From: Octopus bimaculoides
Lineage: Eukaryota
Assembly (NCBI RefSeq): GCF_001194135.2
Contig: NC_069002.1
Location: 36,222,485-36,286,484, forward strand
Direction of reading: 5' to 3'
DNA length: 64,000 nt
This document shows positions 25,289-36,330 of this stretch, piece after piece. The first letter of the stretch is position 1. The number at the start of each line of letters is the position of its first letter. The notes below the pieces were generated by a model, which saw only the letters and a program-made list of their open reading frames with translations, was not told the DNA's origin and searched no databases. Made by a program: the position numbers and the translations under genes.

Positions 25289-25369
25289 NNNNNNNNNNNN
25301 NNNNNNNNNNNNNNNNNNNNNNNNNNNNNNNNNNNNNNNNNNNNNNNNNNNNNNNNNNNNNNNNNNNNN
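25289..25369. other. Assembly gap
   Basis: Run of N inside a (TG)n tract. Confidence 1.
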
Positions 25370-25437
<68 letters not shown>

Positions 25438-25822
25438 TGACAGACTATAGTAGAAGACATTTGTCCAAGGTGCCACACGGTGGAACTGGACCCAGAACCA
25501 TGTGGTTGAGAAGCAATCTTCTTACCACACAGCCGCGCCTGTACACACACACATATATATATATACACATCTATATGTATGTAAATGCGTCTATATATGT
25601 ATATATATGTGTGTGTGTGTCTGTAAGTGTACGTGTGTGTGTGTGCACCTCTACATAAAAACACTGATTAATATACGTACGCACATAAAAATAACTGATA
25701 ATTCCATTAGAATTATGGTTTTCAACATTATAACTACATAGACATATATGTTCTTGTGTTCTTATCTATTTCTCTCATCTGATTTGATTTGATTTTTTGT
25801 TTATACTTTATTTTTTTCACAG

Positions 25823-25894
25823 GGATTCTTCTGATGTAGATCGTCGTGCTGTTCGTTATGATAAATTGAGCCGATTTTTACGAATCAATAACCG
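25823..25894 (+). CDS. Agatoxin-like precursor, coding exon 3: DSSDVDRRAVRYDKLSRFLRINN(R)
   Basis: TTTTTTTCACAG acceptor, CG|GTAAGC donor at 25895; 72 nt, phase 2-2, open in the frame required by both neighbours. Confidence 0.88.
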
Positions 25895-26899
25895 GTAAGC
25901 ATTTCACATAATTTTTCCCTTAAATAAACGATAAGATATTTAATAGGTTTAAAAAACAGAACGTGCCTCACTATCACCACCACGCTCTTTCCCTTCCTAA
26001 ACTACTCTTTCTCTTCCTCATCATGTATTATCGACAAGTTTTAATTGTATTAAACACGATGACGGACGTTCCTTATGTAGAGTTCCACCATAAATGCTTT
26101 TAAGAACATAAGTAATCAAAAAATCACGCTATATCATCCGTATCTTCATTATGGTTTTTGGAAGTAATTGCCAGGGTTCGTCTTCCCATGCATCATTCAC
26201 CGGAAAATAACAAAACGGTGTTTAATTCATATGCGATGAGGCCTTGCAAGTGAGTTACTAGAAGCATCAATGTATGCAATCTGGATTTCGTTTCAGTTGA
26301 GGCGTTCATATATTCGTTTATCTTTTCGCTTTATTTTCGGTTGCCGAGAAATTTTCTGCTTTTTAAAAAAGGATTTTATCCTTTATTTATATATACTGTT
26401 CAGTATCTACGCGTTGAATAAAATTTATCTTTCTACTTGTTCTACAATACATTTCAACGCTCCGAAAACAAACTTGTTTGTTTACATACGACGTAGTGCG
26501 TGCGTGCGTGCGTGCGTGTGTGTGTGTGTGTGTGTAATGGTCGAGGAAAAGTAATAAAGAGAAACCAGAAGAAACTCCCTAACAAAGGCGTTATTAGAAT
26601 AAAGTCTGAGAAGAAATGGAATCTCTCCTTAACGTTTCAGACACTATTCGTTTTTCAGGGGAAAGTTGGTGGAATGGTGTAAAAGAAAGGTGTAGAGTGC
26701 AAGTAGCGGAGAAAGGTGCACAGGTTGGCCACAGTCAGTGGGGAGAGAGAAAGAGAAAGAAGAGTGAGAAGTATTAGTATGAAGGAAAAGAGAAAAAAGA
26801 CGAAGAAGATAAGTGAACACAAGAGATTGGCCGCAGTGTTACGAGTGAGAAAAAAACTTGAGAGAACAAAATTACATATGAGAAAACAGAAGAAAGAAC

Positions 26900-27990
26900 A
26901 CAACAGTGCCTAGTGATGTCGTTTGTTCTCGTGTGTGCTTATACATCTTCATATCTGGTTATGCATATAATTATTCCATATTTCACTATATTCTAAGATT
27001 TTCAACTCTGGTTATATTCTTTCGATGTTCATATTTGGTGACATTCTTGCCTATTCATCTTTGTATGGTTGTTATTCAGTTTTGATGATAATTCTCAATC
27101 GCTGGTTATATTCTTAGATCTTCATCTTTTCTCATATTCTTTGTTATTTAGCTTCGCTTATATTATAGGTGGGTCATCTTTGTTTATTTTCCGAATTCCT
27201 TGTCTTTGTCTCAATCCATCAATATTTCATATTTATTTGTGTTCTTGGTTCATCATCTTTGGCTCTGTTATTCATAATATTTTCTTATAGTTTTGGTTCT
27301 TCAGATTTGTTTTGACACTTCGTAGTTCATATTTTGCTATATTGTTAGTTTTTCATCGAAGGATAGTTATTCGTATTTGGTTTTGCTTTTCTGCATTTAT
27401 GTTTTTATTTTATACACAGTTTTACATATTTAGTATTATATTGTTCTTTTATATTTGATAATATCAGCTGTTTGTTTACGATTATCTTCCTCGTTATTTA
27501 TATTTCTTCTTATTCTTTGTTAGCAATAAATGGTTATATACTTAGCTTTTTTCATCTTCGAATACATTAACAGTACTTCACCTTTGATAATATTGTCATT
27601 TCTGAACTTTAATTTTCTTCTATTTTCTTCATCTTTATACATTTTGTTGCAGTCTACTTCAGCCGTCTAGTGTGATCGTCTTCCTCTTTGGGACAACTGT
27701 TTATATTTTTATGTCCGTTCCGATATTTGGCTCTCTATTTATGTTTCTTAGTATATTCAGCAATCCTGTTTTGTTTACAGATTTTATCTTGCTTCGCGAT
27801 ACGTTGATGCGTTCGTCATCGGTTATTGAATTCTTCTACCTTTATCAATGTGTGTATTTTATTGCCTCTTTGATATATCTAGATTTAAGCTTCGTTCCCC
27901 ATTTTTCTTTATCTAGCCGAATTTTATATTTTGATTTCATTCTTAGTGTTCATGTTCTCACATCTTTCTTGAAAATATTGAAGTAACCAG
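26900..27990 (-). mobile_element. Strongly T-skewed tract, possibly a decayed LINE ORF on the minus strand
   Basis: Marked strand asymmetry; Lys-rich minus-strand translation with many stops; NIGTD resembles the GSDH motif at the end of APE endonuclease domains. Confidence 0.3.
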
Positions 27991-28061
27991 GAGATTATTA
28001 TTAAAACAAAGTGAATACAGTCCATACCCGACTTCCTGGCACCCGCTCAAAATACTGACTT

Positions 28062-28265
28062 CAAATTTTAGCACAAGGCGAGCAGTTTTGCGGGAAGGAG
28101 GAGGTTGAATGCATTGACCCCAGTGTTCAGCTGATGCTTATTTTATCGACCCTGAAAGATGAGAGGCAAAGTCGACCACGGCGGAATTAGAACCCAGAGC
28201 GTAGAGGCGGAGGAAATGCCAAGTATTTTCCCGGCGCACTAACGGTTCTGCCTGTTCGCAGCCCT
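28062..28265 (-). mobile_element. Abundant SINE copy (intron between the last two coding exons)
   Basis: Core motif. Confidence 0.75.
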
Positions 28266-29362
28266 TGAAATACTGATTTCTCTGAACATGTTAAACTGAA
28301 CAAAATTTAGTGTTTAATTGAAATATTCCAATCTGGGACTCAATAAAGGCAAAATGGTGGGTTTGTCCTTCTTCCAGTATGCGGAATTATGCATGTATGT
28401 AATTAGATGTGAAAAATATTTACTTTTATGTATAGGCACCTTTATCAAGGAACATGGATGGCATTTGGTAAAGAGAACAAGCTAATTAAATTAATTACTT
28501 TATGAATAATTACTTAACTCTGATGTAAACAACATTGTACATTACTTCACTGATTGAGCTAAACATCACAGTACTAGTACACACACGTACACTCTCTCAC
28601 ACACACACACACATACATATATACATACATATATGACGATGCGGGCAAATGAAAGAACATGGCACTAAACACATTTTATATGAGTTACATGTATTATTTA
28701 ATAACAATTTCCCTCGATTCCATGCAGTATCATGCGGTTCCTCGTTGCCCATGATGCCACGCAGTGGGACTGTAAAAAAAAATCCATGGTTTCAAAGCAG
28801 CTTCTTAACCACACAGCTTTGTCTTGCCTAAAACAATTGTACCTATAAGACATGTGCTGTAACCTGAGACCATTCATTCATGGTATCCAGAGGTTGTTAT
28901 TCTACGGTAGCTCTCCTAAAATTTTACTTGCCGAATACTTTCTGTAAATTAATAATAATTGAGTTGGTAAGATGTTATTGTCCTGTAAAGATATTTCAAT
29001 ACAAGGTTATTATTAGTTCAAATATGTTTGGGGCATATTTGAACCCGCAAGAAAGCCATTCATTGCATTTTGTCATACAGAACATTTCTTGCAGTATCAC
29101 GTCTTATTGCTGCCAACCGGTAATTGGTTTGCAATCAAACGCCGGTTAGCGCTACCCGTCATTTTACGATGACAGGAATATCACGAGAGTGCGACAATCT
29201 CTCTTATCAACCCCAAGGATATATAAACTGGTAGTAACCTTGTATTCATTCACATCACCGCTTCGTGCTACCAACCCGTAAATATTGTTATGTTTTTATC
29301 CTGTAAAACTGTTTTTTTTTTCTTTTAATATTTTCTTTCTATTTGTTTCGTTTTATTTACAG

Positions 29363-29516
29363 AGGAAAAAGTAAGTCACACAAGAACAGCTGCTCAAAAT
29401 GGCAAATGGCGTGCACGACCAGCTCGAAGAGACCAGACGCTCGTTGCTGTTCAGGCCTTGTCTGTAAATGTAACATCTGGGGAGCGAACTGCCGGTGTGA
29501 TGATACTCTTGGATAG
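29363..29516 (+). CDS. Agatoxin-like precursor, terminal coding exon: GKSKSHKNSCSKWQMACTTSSKRPDARCCSGLVCKCNIWGANCRCDDTLG*
   Basis: TTTTATTTACAG acceptor; Cys framework C-x6-C-x10-CC-x4-C-x-C-x6-C-x-C; CKCNIWGANCRC matches the CxCN(L/I)WGxNCRC hallmark of arthropod agatoxin-like peptides; TAG at 29514-29516 follows a terminal Gly. Confidence 0.93.
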
Positions 29517-30005
29517 ATTTTCATTCGTCAACTTGTTGTCACGTGATAAGAAGTCTGCTGCGGCAAACGATGATACAATATCAGAACAGTTTAGTTTACT
29601 TGAAAAGACAAGTCTTCTTCAGTAACGCTCAAACAAACAAAACAAAAAACCCCAAAACATGCATATCAAAATACAATAACAACAATAGTAAAAACTAGTA
29701 ATATTTCTTTTACTTCTACTAATACAACAACTACTAATGCTACTACATTTATTAATACTAACACGAATTATCAATTCAAACACTCGTCACCAACAACATC
29801 AATAAACATAAACAAACATCACATACATGCCGGCAGCATTTTGTGTTATTTTTAATTTCGGATGGAAGTAAAAAATCATTTGTTGAAGAAGAGAAAGCAA
29901 GTAGAGGAAGAGGAAGAGGAAGACTGTTAATTGTTTAATTATCCTAATTTAGAATAAAGCAAATTTATGGTTGTTATTAATCCTTCAAATTCTACTAGAG
30001 TCATA

Positions 30006-30075
30006 AATAAAGAATTACATCAATCCATAAAAAAATCTGAGTTTTGTTTTTGGTCGTTGTATCGGTGTTTTGGCG
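30006..30075 (+). terminator. Likely poly(A) signal of the agatoxin-like gene
   Basis: AATAAA at 30006-30011 followed by a GT/T-rich downstream element (about 30038-30075); alternative AATAAA at 29801 and 29953. Confidence 0.5.
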
Positions 30076-30340
30076 AGGCGTTTGTTTATACTTTACTTTG
30101 CAGTTTCACATTTTAAGAAGATTTTGCTGTTGTTTAATTCTCAAGGCTTGGAGACTGGATGACTATGATACATGTCGTTCAAAGAATCCGAACTATTATA
30201 TTCCGTCTACGATATAATTAAGCATTAAGTTCTTCTATTCTGTTTTAAAGAACGCAGGGTGTCATTCAGAAAATATCCCTTACAAGCTGATTATTGCCGT
30301 GTGTTGAATTTGAATGTTTTCAGTCAACGTTCAAATTCCC

Positions 30341-30573
30341 TTTACCCTTTAGCATTTAAACCGGCCATATCAGGCCAAAATAGTCTATTGTTTCATGCTG
30401 AAACTGGCCAGTTCTGGCCTCTCACACCTACCAACTCTTTGGTGTCATTTTAAAGACCAACAATCACATCATGAAAATTTGAAAGCTAAAAGATATTGCA
30501 TGATTAAGTGAAGACAATGTTAATAAATAAAAAAAAGCTTCACATTTGAGAGAATAATTTGAATGCTAAAGAA
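30341..30573. mobile_element. Putative piggyBac-like MITE
   Basis: Ends CCCTTTAGCATTTAAA and TTTGAATGCTAAAG are inverted; degenerate TTAA-CCC start. Confidence 0.45.
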
Positions 30574-30769
30574 ATGATTTTATGGTTTCAAACTACAATG
30601 ATAACATAAAAAACGAAATACAACTTCTTAAACGCATAAATACATAAAGGCATGAAAACCTGTGAAAACAGTCAAACGGCCAGTGCATTCACTTATTTGG
30701 TGAGAGTTCAATCATTCTACACATTGAATATCTGGCGGGGGGGCTTCTCCTATATCATCGTCTTATCTG

Positions 30770-30990
30770 CAAAGTGGTGATCTGGCAGTATTATTAGCAC
30801 GCTGAGCGAAGGGCTTAACGCCATTTCGTCCGACTTTATATTCAGATATTCAGAGTTCAACTTTTTCTGAGGTCGACTTAACCTTTTATATTTCGTAGAC
30901 GATAACATTAGTACCAGTTGAACAAAGGGTTCGACTTAATTGACCTACCCCTCCCCCGAATTTGCTTGCCTTGTACCAGAATTTGAAACC
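30770..30990 (+). mobile_element. Abundant SINE copy
   Basis: Head, core and tail recognisable. Confidence 0.7.
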
Positions 30991-31379
30991 AATGTTATGT
31001 AATAACTGGTTATTTCGTCAAACTTGTAGTCATATCCATCTCAAAACTAAAACTATAAATCTATGTGTAAACAAAAACAATCATAACTGGAAACAGCAAC
31101 ATGAACACAACAGAAAAACCGAAGGAAAACATCGAGGAAGATAAACAGGCGCAGGTGTGGCCGTGTGATTTAGAAGTTCGCTTCCGAATCATGTGGTTTT
31201 GGGGTCAATCCCACTGCCAGCCTACCAACCAAAGAATTGGGAGTGAATTTAGTAAAAGAAAACAAAACGCATGTCTCTTTCACTCACTCACCCTTCTCTC
31301 TCTCGGTCTTTTTTCTAGGCATTATAACCTTGAACACTGAACAATATATATTAGCGTCAGAGGCAGGTTTAATACGGAG

Positions 31380-31625
31380 AGATAATATTTATCCTCATCT
31401 AAATGTGGATGTTGTGTTATGAGAAACTTTACTGCGGTAGAGAGTATAAGAGAAAATCTCATTTTGGCTTTTGATGCAAAATACACTTTTGCTTATATCG
31501 CTAAGAGGAAGATAAATCCCTACAACTTCCAGCGCCGAGACCACCGAAACACGTGATTTCGACCTTTCTTTGTCTCGTCAATGATGGATGCTCGACCGCT
31601 AGAAATAGTGGCGATATAAACAAGT
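31380..31625 (-). mobile_element. Hammerhead-bearing repeat family, copy 3
   Basis: The reverse complement matches about 915-1135; ribozyme motif at 31541-31587: CCAUCA-UUGACGA-GAC/GUC-GAAAUCACGUGUUU-CGGUGG. Confidence 0.6.
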
Positions 31626-32292
31626 GTCTGATAATACAGACATAGATTTGCCGAAATGCATCAATGAATTAACAGTAAAGTTTGTTCTAACAGAACATTT
31701 ATGTTTAAGTAAAAATAAATCGTTTGAACAGAAATACCAGTCATCCATATGATTACCATTCTCATACTATTCCAAAGACATTTCGATGTCTCAATATTAC
31801 TTTTTACTAGGATTTCAGTTTCTCAAAACTGATACATACACAAGAAAACGGTTTTTAATGCGTGATTTTCTCTTGATCATTTTATCTCATTGTAAAGTAA
31901 ATGCGTAATAAACTATGGTATCTAAGATTATTATACTTAGTTTTTACCTTCTATCAACAAATAAACAATATATATATATATAAATGGCTTCTGCAAAATC
32001 TAGAAGCAATTTTTGGAACCATAAATTCACTTTATGAATTATATCTTCAAATACGGGAAAAATCAATTACGCTACTTTTAAGCTGATATTATATATGTTA
32101 TTTAACTTTACATAAAATACATTAAAAATGGATTTACTGTTAGTTAATAGGATAAACGTTCACAAAAGGTACAAAAGTTGCAACGTATGAACAAATTATT
32201 TTATTAAAAGCATTAAAAGTGAAAATGATGTGATAAACGGAGATCATTAATGTACACTTGCATATGTGTGTGTGTGCATACATGTTTCTGTA

Positions 32293-32327
<35 letters not shown>

Positions 32328-32667
32328 ATACATGTTTCTATAATTGTGTGTGTGTGTGTGTGTGTGTGTATATACTCTTGTTTGGATGTAAAGATGTGAG
32401 CATACATATATCATGTATATATGCGTGTATATATATATATACACACACACATATACATACATACATACGCACGCGCACACACATACGCACGCGCGCACAT
32501 ACACACACACACACACACAAATACATAGTGTATTGTACCATTCATTATTGAATTAGATATTCTTTTTTGCTTCATAGTGTCAACTGTCATTAAAAAATGT
32601 TTAGCGGTACACACACACGCGCGCGCGCGCGCGCGCACACACATATGTGGGTGTGTGGGTGCTTGTT

Positions 32668-33270
32668 TACGGGGTGGGGTACCCAACCGGAATTTTGCAA
32701 TGTTATTTTATTCACTTAGTTTTCCATGTTTACACTTTTATCGCCTTCAAAGTATTCTCCATTTGAAGGAATGCATCGGTCCGGACGCATTTTCCACGTT
32801 CGAAGCAGTCCTGGAGCTCTTTCCGAAATGATGCCTTTTAACGTACCCGTCGTTTGTTTCTTCACCTCTTCCACATCTGCAAATTCCGCAGCACCAGTTG
32901 TCATCACCAGTTTTGACCTTCGAAAGGAGGTCTGGATCAACTTCCAACTGTTCTTTCAGTTCACCGCATGAATTCAGTCGTGACTGCTTTCGATCTTCCG
33001 AGAGCAAGCGAGGCACAAATTTTGCCGCAACATTTTTCATTCCCAACTCCTCGCTCAAAGTCCGTTGGCAGAAGCGCCAGGACCCTAATCGCATTAACAA
33101 TTCATCCAAGTGTTCAATGACGGTCCACTAAGAACAGCTCGTGAATTGTCATGATGTTTTCATTCGTTCGGGAGGTTGGTCTTCAAGCCACACGTGGCCA
33201 TTCCTAAAGAATAAAAAACCACTCGTAAATTTGTGTGTCACCATGTCACACCAGGTATTTCTGTTCCAAT
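32668..33270 (-). mobile_element. Internally deleted mariner element
   Basis: EELGMKNVAAKFVPRLL, TGDDNW, and C-terminal RCIPSNGEYFEGD. Confidence 0.85.
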
Positions 33271-33323
33271 TAGGAACATTGTATATCTATATCCCTTTCT
33301 ATCTATCTATTTATCTGTCTGTC

Positions 33324-33369
<46 letters not shown>

Positions 33370-33424
33370 TAATATATATGTGTGTGTGTGTGTGAATGGA
33401 TATACGTATATAATACATATATAT

Positions 33425-33470
<46 letters not shown>

Positions 33471-33558
33471 GAGAATATACAAAAAATAACAACAGACGAG
33501 GACAGGTGGTGTAAATATCAAAAGTATATATTAGTATGACGCTCGGGAATACGGAAAG

Positions 33559-33595
33559 TCTTTGACGTTTCGAGCTACGCTCTTCAACAGAAAGA
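33559..33595 (-). ncRNA. Minimal hammerhead ribozyme motif, degenerate
   Basis: Minus strand UCUUU-CUGUUGA-A-GAGC gua GCUC-GAAACGUC-AAAGA; loopless palindromic stem III (ACGU), A6U change and an extra A after A9. Confidence 0.45.
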
Positions 33596-33674
33596 ATACG
33601 GAGACAAGGAGAAAAACACGGAGAAAAAAATTGAATAGTGTTCAGTCAACGGTCAATCATAATAATGGTGCGAA

Positions 33675-33730
<56 letters not shown>

Positions 33731-34370
33731 TTCGCACCATGCACACACACACTCTTCACCATAAAACCACAGATGATGACAAGCATTCGGGCGTGTCTAC
33801 ACATGAATATCATTAATTATGCGATACCGGTGTATAATTACGCATGTGCCGGCAACTATGTTAGTGACAAAACATGGTTAATGAACGGTTCAGTCGTTCG
33901 ACAAATCAGACAATCCTTGTTTACACTTGAAGAACACAGACGCAGTCAACTGCAAGGCAGAATTGCTCAGTTCGGCAGCCATCAGTAGGAGATTCGGTCA
34001 CAATGGTGCTGGTGAAATTTCACGTTGCATGCATCTTGCTCCTCTTCTTCTTCCACCTCTCCCTCCTTCTTATCATCATCATAAATATCTTCATAATCAT
34101 CATCATCAACAGCAAAAACAACAGCAGCATCACTTTCGCTTTTATCATCATCATCATCTTCACCTTCTTCCTCTCCCTCCTCATCATCATTCTTATCCTC
34201 CCCATCATCATCATTCTTATCCTCCCCATCATCATCATCATCAACATCGTCATTAACACTCACCTCCTTATTGTCATAAACATTCTCATCACGACCACCA
34301 CCACCACCTTCCCCCACTATATCATCATCATCATCATCGTTATCACCATTGTCTCTACCACAACTCGTAT

Positions 34371-34437
34371 CACAGCCATAAACTCTGCCACATGTAGCAC
34401 AGCCATAAACTCTGCCACATGTAGCACAGCCATAAAC
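34371..34437. repeat. 27-bp tandem repeat, 2.5 copies
   Basis: CACAGCCATAAACTCTGCCACATGTAG x2 plus a 13-nt partial copy. Confidence 0.9.
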
Positions 34438-34703
34438 AGCATCATCGTCATCGTTCTAATTCTCTTCGTCATTCTCTTCGTCTTCGTCCGCGTCGGTTTC
34501 TTCCCCTTCATCTACTTCGTCGTCATCATCATAAGCGGAAGCAGCCAAGCAATCACCATCTGCATCACAATGCTCAAGTATTCTTCCAGACCATAATTTA
34601 TGGGGAAGAAATAAAACGGCTAACATCATATATATATATTTTGTCCCTAATATTATTATTATATATATATATATGTATATATATGTATATATAAATATAT
34701 ATA

Positions 34704-34739
<36 letters not shown>

Positions 34740-35483
34740 CGTAATCCGATTCTTATGCATGTATACATGTACATACACATACATACACACACAAACGCAC
34801 AGGCGTGTATATATTTAGTAAACGCAATCGAGGTAGCATTTAATTAAAATATCCATCTATGTATTATACTAAACGTATACACAGTGCCTGTAGGCCATTT
34901 ATGACGCTACACGTCATTAGATAATATTTCTTATGGACGAAATGCGTCGGAAACACCATAATTATCGAAGAGACAATATTTCTTCCCAGTCGTGGAAAGT
35001 GAGAGCGCATGATGCATTTCGGCCTGAATGAGCCTCGTCAATAACGGCTATTCGCAAGCAGTCAAATATTCCGTCGAGAATTCGTCGTCTCCGAAAAAGG
35101 AAGAATTGTAGATAATAATCATTAATGTTGCAAATAGTTGTCCAGCTCAGTAAAAATCCGTTTTACACAAATGTGACAGTATTTAATCAGCATACATACG
35201 TCATACTTATTGCATACACACAGTTGATAGGTCTGTTACTTTTGAATTTCTCCAGAGACTTCTATGGACTTCGCTATATGAAAGCCGAAGAATTCTCGTC
35301 CAACCATAAGAAGCAGACGCACTCAGTGACTGCTGCTGGAACGAACTTTCTTCTCTTTCTCATGTTTATTGATTTACCGCAGCAATTTCATTAAACGGAA
35401 GCAATATTTAACAATATATTGGTCTGTACACCAATTTTTGGTCTGTACATCAATTTTTAAATAGAAAAAGATCGAAAGTCACT

Positions 35484-36088
35484 TCGATATAGGGCAGGGA
35501 ATTGTCAATTAATTAATTAATTAATTAACAATTTTGCCAAGTAGTTCAGTATGCAAAAAACCTTTATCGGTAAACCATTTATAATTATAAACATATAGCG
35601 ATCAGCAGGAGTTGCTTCAACAACATACTGAAAATTTAGAAATAGCAGTTAAAAAACTACTAATTCTAAATACAATTTTTTCTCCAACGGATGGCGATAT
35701 TTATGGCACACATAGAGCAAAATAGAAGAGAAAATAAACGAAAACAAACCTGCCGTTAGTTAATCATGTACGACGTTTCGGGATTAGAATATAAAGATTC
35801 CTTCCACTCATCAGCATGATATCCAAAATTATAAATTGGAAAATGCTAATAAACCCATGTATATCTGACCATGCGACATCAAATATCACATAAGAAAAAA
35901 CAGCATCTCCAAATTTATATCGACAGTAAATTCCGTATCCCTCTTCAAATTACCCCATGTGCGTCACGAATAGTCCCTCAGAAAAGATTGCAGTTTAACC
36001 ATCCAGGAGACGACCATCAATATCAATATAGGGCAGGGAATTGCCAATTAATTAATAAATCAATAATTAACCATTTTGCCAAGTAGTT
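35484..36088. repeat. Direct repeats of about 60 bp (35484-35546 and 36023-36088) bounding a roughly 540-bp unit that contains the hammerhead
   Basis: Both copies read ATATAGGGCAGGGAATTG...(TTAA-rich)...TTTTGCCAAGTAGTT. Confidence 0.8.
35763..35820 (-). ncRNA. Type I hammerhead ribozyme, canonical core
   Basis: Minus strand reads AUCAUG-CUGAUGA-G(stem II)C-GAAAC-guc-GUA-CAUGAU: perfect 6-bp stem I, all conserved core nucleotides present, GUA cleavage triplet. Confidence 0.75.
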
Positions 36089-36204
36089 GCCTCTCTTGAG
36101 GCTCTCGCCTTCCGTTTTCTGCATTCCTCCTTGCTTTGTAGGTGTTTCTGGAGAGATTATGTTTTTTTCGTTGGTGGCATATTTTTACAATATTTTAAAC
36201 CAAA

Positions 36205-36330
36205 AAGGTGGCGAGATGGCAGAAACGCTATCACGCCGTGCTAAATACTTAGCGGTATTTCGTCTGTCTTTACGTCCTGAGTTCAAATTCCACCGAGTTA
36301 GACTTTGCCTTTCAATTTTCGGGCCTTGAG
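36205..36330 (+). mobile_element. Abundant SINE copy, 5' half
   Basis: Head and B box. Confidence 0.75.

Noticed and set aside
34003-34596. 197-aa Ile-rich ORF on the + strand
   Set aside because: Translation of (ATC)n/(CAT)n microsatellites
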